A stretch of 64,000 nt of DNA from the NCBI GenBank assembly GCA_964270895.1, contig OZ185435.1; one strand, written 5' to 3'. Below are positions 1 to 12,730 of the stretch, one piece after another (positions within the stretch are counted from its first letter, which is position 1; each line of letters begins with the position of its first letter). Source of the stretch: Podarcis filfolensis. Taxonomy: Eukaryota. The notes beneath the pieces are model-generated. The model made no database searches and was not told the DNA's origin. It saw only the letters and a program-made list of their open reading frames with translations. The translations under genes were made by a program, and so were the position numbers.

Positions 1-744
1 GCTGTAGAGCTTTTGAGAAATCAAAGTTGTTGAGCCCATGGAAGTCGCCATGCCTGTTTAAAGTGGTACTGTAGCACTTCAAATGTAAGATGTGAATGTG
101 GCCAATATTTAGCTTGTCCTCGTGCACCATGCAAACAGGTTTGGAAAAGCTGGACTACTGTGCAGTGCAGGAAAAAAACTCAAGAAAGGGTCTTGAGGGA
201 AAGGATGGGGAATCTCCTTCAGCTTGAGGGCTGCAGTCTCTTGGGGAACTTTTGGGGGGCTTCATGCCAGTGGTGGGTGCAGGGCAGTTGCAAAAATGGC
301 CAGAGCTACAGATGCACGTTTCCTTTATACAATAAGCTACACAAGCAGTTTGCACCTGTGAGCACACACTTCTTTTCAGGAAACAATTCAATGACACATT
401 CTGGCTAAACACTTGAAGAGAGTTTGGAGCAGGGCCAATGAGTGGCATTACCTGGGAAGCAGTGTGGCCTAGCGAGAGCCCCAAGGGCGAGGCCTGGAGG
501 GCCACATTCAGGCCCTGGGCCTGAGGTTCCTTCCTCCAGGCCTATAGTCCTGCAGCTGCCCTATAAATGTGAACTTAGGTCTGTACTCTGTCTCATACTT
601 AGGCTCTGAAGAAATACCCTTCAGCCTCAAGGAGCCGAGGCTCAGTCCCCACAGTTAAGAGCTGCCCCTCTCCTGGAGTCCATATACATATGGAGTTACA
701 TATTCCTCTTGAGCTAGAGGAGCATAGCAAAATTTAGCATTGGA

Positions 745-900
745 AATTACTTTTATTATTATTTATTAAATTTTGTATATCACCCTCCACCTGCAGATCT
801 CAGGGCAGTTCACAACATTAAATTACAACATAAAAAACACAAAATACATAGTAAAAATAAGTATAACTTAAAACATAACATAAAACAAAACTATCTAATA
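745..900 (-). mobile_element. L2-type 3' tail remnant
   Basis: Reverse complement of TTGTGAACTGCCCTGAGATCTGCAGGTGGAGGGTGATATACAAAATTTAATAAAT; similar tails near 21330-21400 and 62320-62370. Confidence 0.6.
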
Positions 901-2047
901 AATCTAATGCCACACAGGTACAGTCCAATGAAGTTCTTCAAAGTCTCCTTGGCTAACAAAGAGTTAAGCATGTGCTTGATTGAAATGGCCTGCATATTTG
1001 TTTGCTTCCCTGCTCCATCACTGTAAATAATTAGAGGGCCTCAACCCATTCTTGTTTTGGTTCTTCCGATTTCTGATTTGCAATCACGTATTATGGGGTA
1101 ATCACCTATTTTCTGATAGAACTCATGAGCTGTGAACAACTGCATACAGGTAGAAATTCAGTGGGTTTCTGACACCGTACTGCAATGTCTATTTGTCGTG
1201 CAGCTGCTAAAAGTAAAGCAGAGAAGCCTTGCCAAGAAAACAGGTGGCAGCCAGATCCGTTTGCATTACTCAACATGCCCTTTCAATCACAGGGCACATG
1301 TGGGCTGCTCCTTAGCACTTTCCCTCTGCCCTGCCTCCAATAAGGAAGTGCTTGCTGCAGGCCTCTCCCTATGCACAAACATTCCTTCACACACAGAACG
1401 TCCCACCCCACCGGAGCTCAGCTGGCCACCCTCCCTCCCTTTTGCAAGCAGGTAGCATACCTGAGGCTTTCCTTGCCAGGGCCACGTCAGCTTCTTCCCT
1501 GAGCGGGCCCACAGGTAAGTCGAAACAAAGCTGGGGGCAGATTATGCAGTGGGCGTCTGCTCCAGAGCCTCATGCAGGAGTTAGAAGTTTTGTGTTTATG
1601 GTTTTTTTTTAAGGGATGGGAAACTTGCACCTATTCAGGGTCTCTGGGCACAAGATTGCTGTTTTGTGCTGGTGAGAATAGACAGGTCAGCCTATGGCTA
1701 GAACCTCATAACTAGGCTGTACTCATCATTGGAGTAGACAGATTTCTTTTCCATATGTGAGTAGAAGTGGGGATGTGGGGATTTCAATCCATCACAGATT
1801 TGTGACTGAGTGCAGAATCAGGGTGGCAGAGATGATGGTTTAAAGGGTGCACACAAAATACACTTGGGTGAGCTTGTATCATTTATAATTTCCTTTCACT
1901 ACACTTGGACAGCCTAAAAATCACTCTCCTATCTCCCCCTGCCCTGTCTCTGGAACCTGCTCTGTTTATTTGCCTTCCCTGATCCAAAGCCTTTCAGCCT
2001 GTCCTCTATACAAATTCGCAATCCAGTTGAGGTTAGGACTTAACACT

Positions 2048-2174
2048 GATGACCTGGAAAAACTGTCTGCAGACAAACGTCTGCTCCCTCGGCCAGTAAA
2101 GCGAAATGAGCGCCGCAACCCCAGAGTCATTCGTGACTGGACTTAACTATCAGGGGTCCTTTACCTTTACCTTT
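2048..2174 (+). mobile_element. Sauria SINE 3' part
   Basis: GCTCCCTCGGCCAGTAAAGCGAAATGAGCGCCGCAACCCCAGAGTC...(ACCTTT)n tail. Confidence 0.85.
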
Positions 2175-3258
2175 TAAGAAGACAGCCAGGCTGGTGCCAG
2201 TGTGTTTGGAGGAGTGTGGTTCCAGCTCTTGATCAGCTATGAGATTCACTGAGTTGGGTTTGTCTCTGTATAGCTTGCCCTTTGGGGATTTTGGCAAGGA
2301 TAAAAAAGGGAAATAATATGCTATTTGATCCATCTACACAGAGGTGATTTGCTTTAAAAATGGAGGTTCCAGAATGCATGTTTGCCTAGAAGCCACATCA
2401 TCTGAAGAGAGGGATCGCCTTTTCCTGATCCCAGAAATATTGGGACTGACCATGGTCATCTATAGATGAGAGAGAAATGTACTACTTATATATTAAAGTT
2501 CCCTGCTTATTGTTACTGTACATGTTTCAAGGCTGTTTGTATAGCCTGCAATTTCATGCTTTCATCATGCAGGCACCAATTTCTTTTTATTTCTTTTCCT
2601 AGCCCTTATGGTTACAAATTGTGTGGGCAATACCTGGAAAAAATATTAGAAGCCTTGTGGAGCATTGAGCAGGATTTGCACTGGTAGAGAGGCTCTCTAA
2701 CCAGCAGAATATGAATATGCAAATGTGCAAATATATGCAAATTTGATTATTCATGTTGTAGAATTTGGGGGTGGGGTGGGGTGGCTGGTGAAATCTACCT
2801 TAGTGTAGATTTTCATTTTTCACACACAGTACACACAGTCTGCTGATTTTAGACTGGAGTGGTAGCTCTCCTTCTTCCCCTGTTTCTTACTCAACCTGGG
2901 TGCAAATTGCAAACAGTTAATAGCCCCAAGTTGTGTTTCTCCTTCACACCATGCACAGGGGTTAGATGTTCTGGAATACCTGCGCCACAGCAGTGGCAAG
3001 TAGATTTCAAGTTTGCAGGATCCACTTTGTTTTTTCCTGGAACCTCAAAGTCCACCAGCTGAAGTGCAAAAGAGTGGCTTAACTGGGGGCTGTGCTGGAC
3101 ATACGCTTGGAATTAAGGGATATGGCACCTCTGAGTGCATGTCTCAGCCCAGGAATAGAGCTCACGGTCCTTTCATTCAACAATCCATTCCTGGTTTCCT
3201 ACACACTCCCACTTCACAAGCTTTGTTTCAGCAACCCAGCTTGGTAGAAAGTCATTGC

Positions 3259-3432
3259 CAGTGTTTTTTTTCTGGGGGTGCGTAGGGGTACACATACACC
3301 TAAACATTTTGTGAATCTTTTTACTTTTGTCCATTTGCTGTATTTATTTTCCCCGATTTGAACTATAAAATGGTGTTTTTCTTGAGTCAAAAAGAGTACG
3401 CAGAAACAGTTTTTTTTTTTAAAAAAGCACTG
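3259..3432. mobile_element. hAT-type MITE with perfect 8-bp TSD
   Basis: TIR CAGTGTTTTTTT / AAAAAAGCACTG; TSD GTCATTGC at 3251-3258 and 3433-3440. Confidence 0.85.
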
Positions 3433-6400
3433 GTCATTGCTATAGTTAAACTACTGAGAATCAGAAATTCTTGGTGATCTGTTTCATGCAAACTACCCAG
3501 AAAGCTATTGGTAGATCCTAATTTACCTTCTGCCCTCTCTCACTGTGGGCAAATGACCCTTCTAGCCCCATTGACATTTCTCCTCAGAAAAGGGATGGGG
3601 AACTTGGGTCTCTCTACCTGTTGCTAAACTGCAACTCCCATCTTCCCTGACGGGCCAGTGGAGGTTGGAGTCCAGCAACACCTGGAGGGCCACAAGTTCC
3701 CCATTCATGCTCCTGAGCCACCTGTCTTAGAAGTGGATTCAACAGGGTAACGTAGATCCTCCTGATGGGGTAACTGGAGCCTCATAAAAAAAAAAAAATG
3801 GCGCAACACCAGCTCTACAAGCCAGACCATTGTATTCACCACCATGAAAGGGAGGGAGGCTGTAGTCACTATCTCACATCTCCTTTGCCTCCTCAAATGC
3901 TGCTTTGCTTCTTATGTCTCCAGAGACTGTGTGGAAAGCTTTGGGGGATCGAGAACCCAGTTCCACCATCTTTAATCTACACCACATATCCTACCTGCGC
4001 TGGGCTTGTTTTCAGTTGCCTGCGGCTGATTAATAGGACTCAGGCAGCTAAAGCAAGTCTGGGGCATGAAAGGAGAGCCCTCCATTTGTGAAAGATCAAA
4101 TGTAGCAAGCTGGAGAAGATGCACTTGAGCCAGGACATGGAGCAGGACATAAAGATGGCACAGCTGTGGAACACGATGGACCAATGGATCACAGGGCAGA
4201 GACGGGTGGAACTCCAACTCCCATCAGCCACAGCCAGAAAACCAATTGTCAGGAATGATGGGAGCTGCAGTCCAGCAACATCCGGGGGGAGAGGTGCATA
4301 GGTTCCCCATGTCCGCTCAGGGGTGACAGGATGTGAGTGGCTTGTCTGGCTTCCCAAATAGGTGATTTGGAATGACCTGGACAAATGGTTTCTGTATACC
4401 TAGAATAGGGAAACTTTTTCAGCCGAAGGGCCACATTCTCTTGTGGACAACCTTCCAGGGGAGGATCCACTTAACTTCCCATTCAGAAGTATCCCATCTC
4501 AATGTTTAAGAGGCAAAGTGCCTCTTAACACATAGTAACAGAAATAACAGATGAAATGGAAACCTTGGAATACGACATCATTGGTTATCCAAGGATATTT
4601 GAGCCCTGAACCCCAGACCCTTCCAAATGAGTATGTTTCCATGAGGGTCCACAAGCAGAAGAGCTTGTCTGCCTGTGGGACATCCTCTGTGCAGGAAACC
4701 CAGCCTAATCTTTTTCTACATACAGAGAGAGGTGAATAGAGGACACTTTGCACATGTTCAGAGGCATGCCACCTCCCAGTCAGCTTGCATGTACAGAAAA
4801 CCATTAACAGAGGGCATTAACATGAGATTCCTGAATCTGACAACAGTTTCTTAAAGAGGTTCTGATACTTTATATCAGGCCCCATTTCAACATCTGAAAG
4901 GATGTCTCTTGCAAACCACACAGAACCATTAACATAGCTTGCTGTGTCTGTTCTGGGGGCGATCTCTGAAGAAAGGCTCCTAGCAAAGGAAGGATGTCCA
5001 TTATGCCCATATATGGGAAGGGGAAAGGAAATTTTTGCCATTGATGTATTAAAACATTGCAAGGGAGCCTGAAATAACAAATCTCTTGTCTTACCACATA
5101 AACAGCACACAGCAGCCTGTTCCCACGCAGCTAAGCTGCCCTGACAAGGTATCATTTGAACATCACATTGTTATTTTGAACATCACAGTGTTAATTTGCC
5201 AAAACCAGCTAATGGGCCTTGGAATTCAAATGATTAAAGTCCTTCCAGTCCCCCATAACAGCAACTAGCCCAAAGCTTCTCAGATCTTCTGTGACAGCAA
5301 GCAATTCAAAGCATGCCTCCAGACTGTACCAATTTTCAGGAAGGATTGGAGCCCTCTGCCACCCTAGGACAGCAGATCCACTTTATGCAGTTAGGAAAGT
5401 GGCTGAAAAATGCACTGAAAAGTGTGGGATGAACAACAGTAAGATGCATGAGCACCCTGCAAGCAAATTGGGATGAATGCCCACTGTCATGAAACATATC
5501 TACAAACAAATCAAAATGAATGTTCAGTAGAGACTGAACATATTGTAACCTCCATGAAAACTTTGTGTAAACAAATCAGGATGAATGCTCAACAAACAGA
5601 TTGTGTGGAGGAACCCTAAGCCAATGACCAACAGTGGCGCTGTGACCCCCGCCATTGCATAGGCTGCATTAAGACACCAGAGAAGACCAGCCATCACTGA
5701 CCCATTGTCCATACGCAGGAATGTCATGAGATTACAGATTAGTGGCCCACCAGCACTGATGTTATATTGCACCAAACACCATATTAAATCAAGCATCCAT
5801 CTTAACTTAGCCTGGGCTATAAGCATGCTAGCAGTTATACAGTTGTTGTCTTGAACCCCTGACCTACCTAGCAGCAAGTCAGTAGTCCCCAGTCCAGTGT
5901 CAATCCACAAGTCCAAAGTCCAAACCTAAGCACAGAAATCCTGGAGCCTTCAAGCTGGGATCCATCAACATGAACAGACACAGCCCTAGAACTCTGCTGC
6001 CCTTTGTATGCTGATTGTAGCATCTGGGCTTGACGAGGCATGTGACCCTCATCTTTTTCAAACCTACTCCAGCTGAGGAATCCCATACCTCCTCCCAGAG
6101 CTATCAAGCCCCACCTGACCAGCTAGTGAACTGGGCTGTGGAACCTTGCCTGCCTCAGCCTCCCTATGCCTTAGAGCCCACCATGTTTGTGGAGCCAGGG
6201 GCCCCTCTGACTCTGGTGATGGGTCCTGCTGCTCTGGATCCTGTGCACTGACCCCTATGCCCTTGTCAACCTCCTTCACCCTGTAAGTACTTCCTACACC
6301 AAATTCCCCTTCCCCAGCTTGTCCCAGTGTGTCCCAGTTCATGACAGCTGTCCTTTAAGCCTCTAGTTACATTTTGTTGCAGGCTAATGAGAACCTTTGG

Positions 6401-6702
6401 GTTGGCCTGCAAACTGATTCCTACTTCGGTGAGATTTAACTTGCTTGTAGTGATGGAAGATGCGGAGGGAGATCCTGTGTGCAAAACAACAAGGGCAATT
6501 TTCATAGCAAGGGGGCCTGTTGCTATTATTTTTCTGAGATTAAAAGTAAGAACTCAAAAGAGAAAGGCAAGGAAGCAGATAGGCATTGGTCTTTCCAGAT
6601 CTCTCATTTGCCCACCCCATCTTCTTTCAGCTCTCTGAACAAGAGCGTAGACAACGTGTTGTTTTCTTGCTGCCTTCTGATGCCTTGATAGTGTGAAATA
6701 CA

Positions 6703-6737
6703 TGCATTTCCCCTTATTTAGCCACTAGATGTCTCTG
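6703..6737 (+). promoter_or_regulatory. Possible CTCF motif with upstream module
   Basis: TAGCCACTAGATGTCTCTG (two mismatches to the core) preceded at roughly the expected spacing by TGCATTTCC. Confidence 0.4.
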
Positions 6738-7599
6738 TTCTGTCTGCTTGCCCAGACAAGGCACAGTATACAGAACCTGGGGGAAATGACAGGACCTAAG
6801 GAGGTAATGCCCAACTTTTGTGCATGATATGATGATTATTGATTCATAAATATTTTGCCCCCAAAAAAATTAAAGGTAGACTGTGGTTCTGTATTCTAAC
6901 AGGGGACAGGATAGAGGCTCTTTGGCATTTTGGCAGAGAGCATATCAAACTTGCCAACTTGCCAACTCCAGCCTGCATTCGTCAACCACTCTTCTAACCA
7001 CGTTTCTGTAGAAAACTCTTCCCAACCTGGTGCCCTCCAAATGCTGGTGGACTACTGCTCTCATCAGCCCTGACCTCTGGCTGTGCTGGCTGGGGCTCCT
7101 GGGCCTGGAGTCCAACAGCATCTGGAGGGCACCAGGTTAGGATAGAGCCTTGGCAGCCCCTCCCCAGAAGCCAGTGGCAACTGGTGCTCATTGGTACTTG
7201 CGGGGCAGAAAACAGGGAGGACAACAGTAGGTAGGACAATTTTCTCACTGTCCTTCTTCCTGCCGAGTTCTACAAAGTTCTATACTGAGTCTAAAGAGGA
7301 AGGAAAAGCTGACAGCCATCACCCCTTTCCCTTGGGCTGGTTGTAAGTAAGAAGGCAGGCAGGTGGAGGCTGGCTGAGGGAAGAGGGAAGTTGGTGGGGT
7401 GTTGCCCCTTTTGCCCTAGCCTCCACTGCCAAGAGCAACACTGTTTCACCACCATCACCCAAAATCTGCTGTCTTGGATAGACTTCTCACTCGGCTCCAT
7501 AGTTGTGGCAGTAACCTTAGCACTGACACCACCATCATGTTTGCCTAGGAGGACCCTGTTTCCAAAGAGCTCCTTCCATTATCATCATCAATTTATATG

Positions 7600-8020
7600 C
7601 CACCCATCTCCCTACAAAAAACAAACAAACGAACAAAAACAAACAAACGTAAAAACACAACACATACACACACAAAACTTCAGACATATTTTAAAAATCA
7701 CATCTGCTGGGCGGATGCTCCACAGGGCAGGTGTGACTACTGAGAAGGCCCTCTGCCTGGTTCCCTGTAACCTCTTCTCTCTCAGTGAGAGAACCACCAG
7801 AAGGCCCTTGGTGCTGGACCTCAGTGTCTGGACTGAACAATGGGGGTGGAGACACTCCTTCAGGTATACAGGGTCAGAGCTGTTTCGGGCTTTAAAGGTC
7901 AGCACCAACACTCTGAATTGTACCCAGAAAAGAAGAAGCCCTCAGAAAGGAAAAGAGAGCCCTGCCCTAACCTGGCTCACATAATGCCACCCCCCCCCAC
8001 CGTTTTCCTGCTAAACCTCC
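7600..8020 (-). mobile_element. L2 LINE 3' fragment, older
   Basis: Minus-strand frame LVLTFKA...LRSSTKGLLVV...TRQRAFSVVTPALW is the L2 ORF2 C-terminus. Confidence 0.8.
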
Positions 8021-9475
8021 TTCAAGTAGGCTGAGATGTGGAACTCATTGTGACTGAGTGATGTGAGAGGTGGGGAAAGAAATAACTACTATAACGCACT
8101 ATTATAAGAGGGTTATAATACTGTTATATTTTACTGAGATTAAGAAACCCACCATATAATTAGTATTACTGACACATCCAAGAGTGCCCCTTTGAAAGCT
8201 ATCATGTGTTGGTCTTCAAGATGCAACTATCCAACATGGTTACCCCTTTGGAAATTCATCTACTTACTACTACTGTTGTTTTAAGTTACTAATGTATATA
8301 CAAATTTGATTCACTATTGTATAGATATTGGGGAGGTGGAATCGCTTTCCTCCACCAGAGTTATTGAGAGGGATTGGACTGTACATGCAAATACAATTAG
8401 TTTATTTCGGGGCGGGGGAGTTAGCAGTAGCAAGTAGTGAATGTACCATCTAAATCTTAGATGAGGTATGTTGTCAGGCCACAACTCCCATGAGCCCCAG
8501 TCAACATTGCAGGCAGCCCAAGACCTCTGGTGGCAGGGGTGGCAGCCAATCTGAATAAAATATTGGGGGGGGGGGTTGCAGGTAAACCCCACCCCACATA
8601 ACTGATCACATGATGCAGTGCATGCACACCATTTGAACGGCAATGCACACGAACTTTCGGAAGGCCTGACCCCCTCAAATATTTTATTGGGACAAAGGGA
8701 CCTTGGCCCCTAAGAGTTGGCTCCTATGTCTGGCGGGCACCAGGTTGCAGAAGGATGGGCGAGTCGATTAACAGATTATCCGATGGCAGCGAAATGGAAC
8801 CTCTTCATTCAGAGATGCTCGACCTCTGAGCATCTGGTACTGAGGACAAATATCAGGGAAGATCGTTGCCTTGCTGTGCTCCCTCTCAGCTTCTGGAAAG
8901 CATCTTGCGAGCCACGGTGGGAAACGACAGAAGCCTTTTGGGTGATTCTGCGAGGCTCCAGGGCGAGGAGGAGGATGGGGCACCTTCGCCGCGGCTCCGC
9001 TTGTGGGTGGGGGGCGGGGGGGCACAGAATCACTTTCAGGTTAAAGGCCCATTAGGGCCTCCGTCGGGGCTCGTTTCCTTGTTGGCTCAGAGGCACTGGA
9101 GCAGAAGCGCCGCCGAGCGAGGGCCAGGCCAGGCGCTGTGTGTTTGCAAAGAGTTAAGGAGGCGGAAAATGCGAGGGCCGCGGCTGCCTCTCTCCATAGA
9201 AACGGCGATCTTTAACGGGGGGAACTTTATTAAAGTCCGATGGGGCGATAAGCGCCCGCGCCGCGCCTTTAATTAAAGCGCAGAGGAAATTGCAGGCGCC
9301 CAGGCCCTGCGCCCCTCGCAGGTTGCTTGGAGACTGCCCCCACCCTCGCCGCCGCTCTCCCCATCCCGCGCCCTGCCTCGACGGGTGGGGACCGTAATAC
9401 ATAATAACAACCATCATCTTCCCCAGGCGAAGGCAATAATACCCCCCGCGGGCGCGGGGTGGGCGCAGAGCTGCC

Positions 9476-9524
9476 ATGAGACGCGGCGCGGCCCGGACCC
9501 TGCTGCTCAACATGTACCTGCCAG
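9476..9524 (+). CDS. FEV: FEV (Pet-1) coding exon 1
   Basis: ATG in GCCATGA context; translates MRRGAARTLLLNMYLP+G, matching the FEV N-terminus (human MRQSGASQPLLINMYLPD); phase-1 donor AG|GTAGGG at 9525. Confidence 0.9.
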
Positions 9525-10057
9525 GTAGGGCAGGGACCAAAGGCGAGGGCTGCCCGGCGGCGCCGCCGCAGCTTTCCATGTGGTGGATCGGTCCCTTTCC
9601 TCCCAGCCCAGACCCGAGGCTCCCACCTCTGCCTCCCGTTTCTTCTCCTGCTCGTTTCCCCTAACTGCCATTTCTCCCCCTCCACGAAGATCGCTCCTTG
9701 GCGCTCTTCAGCAAGCGCCCAGAGCCGTCTCTCTCGCCGTCCCTCTTTAAAGCTGCCCCGACGGCTCCCATCGGAAGTCGGATTTCCTTTTTCCTGGACG
9801 CGTTTCCTGGCTTCATAGCGGCTTGGCATGGGTGGGGGGGCGAGGCAGAGCGGCAGAGGCGGGCGGCGGGGGGACTTTGAAATACAACCAGGCTCGCTCT
9901 GGAGAGAGAGAGGGAGCTTGTCCAACGCGCCCGCCCCCTCCATCAAGTCCCAATTACGGGGAGATTCTTGGGTGGGGACCGGGATCGGTTTGGGTTTGCG
10001 CTCATTTTCCCCACCTCTCTTTCTCTCTGTCTCTCTTCTTGCTGATCTTATTTGCAG

Positions 10058-10132
10058 ACCCAGTTGGGGAAACTTTGTTCAAAGAAGGCAAAAGCCAGGC
10101 GTGGGGATCACTGGGGCCGGGAGTCCAAAAAG
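10058..10132 (+). CDS. FEV: FEV coding exon 2 (75 nt)
   Basis: Polypyrimidine tract plus TTTGCAG acceptor; translates (D)PVGETLFKEGKSQAWGSLGPGVQK(G), homologous to human DPVGDGLFKDGKNPSWGPLSPAVQKG; donor AG|GTAAGA at 10133. Confidence 0.93.
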
Positions 10133-10749
10133 GTAAGACCCTCGCTTCCCCGCCTTCCCGGAAAGTACCGAAAAAGGAGTGCGTGGGGCTACTGGGGCGC
10201 CTTTCAAGGTAGTCTGTTGCCAAAGGGCGATCAATTTGTAGGTTCTTTTCGAAGGGCAAATTTGCTAAATATCCAATGGGGGGGTTCTTCTCGCATCATC
10301 ATCTGCACCTGACGCTAAGCAGAGGATGCGCATCATCCAATGCAACAAAGTCTCCCCTTCAGGGGTTCGGAATCTGCGCCTTATAGGAAGGAGCGCACCC
10401 TCTTTTCTCTAGCAAACGCTCTTTAAAGTTGGGTGGGCCCCCAAAACCTTAGAAACAAACGATGGTGTATATGTGTGGTTGTTGCAAAACCACTTCAAAG
10501 GCAACGCGGTACCCGAATCAGCTGCGGGTGCAAAACAAGAAGCGCGCCCGGGGCAGGATTTGATCCTGCCTGTTATATCTATCATTTCAGTAATAATGGA
10601 GTTAGTAGGGTTAGGGTGTGCGCTGGTTGATTTGTACCTAAAGCACTTGGAGGCGCAAAGCCCCAAATAATGGTGGAAGAGATCTCTGGCTTTTTTTGAA
10701 TAAAAAGAGAGAGAAAGGAGGAATTAATATCGACTTCCTTCTCTGAAAT

Positions 10750-10900
10750 CCGATCCTTGGTCTGTCTGGCTCAGTATCGCCTGCCGTGGGTGGCAGCGGC
10801 TCTCCGGGGTTTTAGCCAGAGGGTCTTCCTCAGACCTACTTGGAGATGGCAGGAATTGAACTCAGCACCTTCTGTAAGCCAAGCAGAAGTAGCTACAGCC
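10750..10900 (-). mobile_element. tRNA-headed SINE of a second family
   Basis: CCTACTTGGAGATGGCAGGAATTGAACTCAGCACC (reverse-complement box B); shared with copies at 37465-37640 and 40062-40220. Confidence 0.6.
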
Positions 10901-12529
10901 GCTCCAAAACCTCTGCTTTAGCTTCCCATCGCTGTCAAGGGAACCTGCTCCTCAAATGCTTAAGGCGGCGAAGACGTCCTTCAACACCCTGCGCCTCCCG
11001 AAATCGGTGCTAGCTTGGATCAAACTGCGCGGAGAGCTGGACCCTGCCTTGGACTTCAGGGGATCTTGACCAGCAGGTTGCCACGGAAAGGAAAAATGGC
11101 ACCCTTCCTTAAGGCTGCTGGCAGAGTAGTAAGCTTTGGTATTGCACCGGGCTCTACTTCAGGCAAGATTGACTACTGCGTTGTTCAAATTCACGGGTTT
11201 CAGTGAATTTTTTTTTTTAAAGAAAAAACACTTTCAAGCTTTAGGAGCGTGGAGCGAGGCAAGGATTCCCCCCCCCCCAGCTCTGTGTAGCTTGAAAACT
11301 TCCTCTTTTAATACACAGTACTGCAATTTTAGTGGCAAGCCCATCTGGGTAAAGAGGGGTCCTATTAGATCTCCTTTCTGCCCTCCAAGAACCGGCACCA
11401 AACATCCCCAACCCCGCCCCCCCCCCCCACCAAGCGCCCTTTCCCTTCTTTCGGAGGCTTCCCCAGAAACCAGGCTCTGATCGGCCGGGCAACCCTGCCT
11501 AAGGTCGTAGGGACAGAGAGCAAGGGAAAGAATCGAGGGCATATTCGGCAAGGAGCTGCGGGAGACGTCTTGAAAGAAGGTGAAGCTGTTTTCTGGAGCA
11601 GAGAACTTAGCCGAAAAGCAGCTCTGAGTTCTGCAATATCATGGCTGGCTGCCGATTCATTTTTATTCTTATAAGAAGGTGAAAACAAAGTCACAGCCGC
11701 ACTCCTAAGACTCCTAAGACCCCGAGGAAGCGTTCTGTCCAAATGGCGCTGCCGAGAACTATTTGTATTCCCAACGCCCATCTCTTGCACCACCTCGAAA
11801 ATTCTCAGTCCCTCCGTTGGACTCTTTCTCTCACCTTGGAGATAAGGAAACAAGCAGCCCAGTTAAGCCCCAGAACTTGGATCCCGTTCTCTCTGAAAGT
11901 ATTAAATACGCTGAAATACCACTGACTCAAAACACACGTACAGTAACTGTTTAATTGCGTTTCGGGGTTTGGGCCACTTAATTACAAAACAAACAAACGC
12001 GGGGAGACACTCTAGCACCCCAGCCCTAACATCAGCCTCGATTCAGCTGCTACTGACCCACGTCCCTCTTGGCTTAATCGGTTCCCACTGATGTGCGCCT
12101 CTGGCGCAGTTGTGGACCAGCCTTTGGCATTCGTTTCAGCGGGATCTCTCAGGCAGGTTTTCTAGGAAGTAGTAAATCCCCTGAGTTTAACGAGATGTCA
12201 CTCCCAATCTGGACTACAACCGAGGAAACCAACTTCTTTCTTAACCTGTTAATGCCAATAGCTGCTACACAAATAATGGCTTAGGAGCGGGGGTGTCGCC
12301 TTCATAATTCCCAGGTGGGAGCACCGATGGTCCCTGGATCGCGCGGACTGACTGCTTAGAGCAATTTAGGCGCAGTTGGTTAGAGCATTTTTCACACCCC
12401 ATTTCCTACGGAATCCAGTTTCGCAACAGTAGCAGAAATAATCTATAGCATCTCAAAATCGCAGGTTTGAGGGAAAAGAGGCGCAGAAGTGCCAACTTTT
12501 ATTTATTTATCATTACCATCACAATTATT

Positions 12530-12730
12530 CTACCCCAATTTTCTTCCATGGAGCTTAAAGTGTCCTACATAGCTCTCCCCTTTTCTCATTTTATTCTTAC
12601 AACAACCCTGAGAGATAAGCTAGGCTGAGCGAGAAAGCGACTGGCCCAAGGAGAACCGCTGGCTGAGTAGAGACTTGAATCCTGGCCTCACAGGTCCCAG
12701 CGCTCTAACTACGATGCCACACGGGCTAGC
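12530..12730 (-). mobile_element. Squam3/MIR-like SINE, older
   Basis: TTCTTACAACAACCCTGAGAGATAAGCTAGGCTGAG...GACTGGCCCAAGG reverse-complement core. Confidence 0.65.

Larger units (their letters stand above)
8750..10350. promoter_or_regulatory. CpG island over FEV promoter, exon 1 and exon 2
   Basis: Very GC- and CpG-rich (e.g. CCCCCCGCGGGCGCGGGG); GATA-like CGATAAG near 9246; AT-rich TTTAATTAAA near 9268. Confidence 0.85.

Noticed and set aside
1452-1521. Possible small exon with CAG|GTAAGT donor
   Set aside because: Splice-like motifs alone, with no coding homology or partner exons.
1-8700. CRYBA2 or miR-375, expected upstream of FEV by synteny
   Set aside because: No beta-crystallin peptide motifs and no TTTGTTCGTTCGGCTCGCG found; they probably lie outside the window. 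The partial match TTTGTTCGTT near 28812 does not continue.
9269-9946. 225-aa minus-strand ORF and neighbours over the FEV promoter
   Set aside because: CpG-island artefacts with no homology I recognise.
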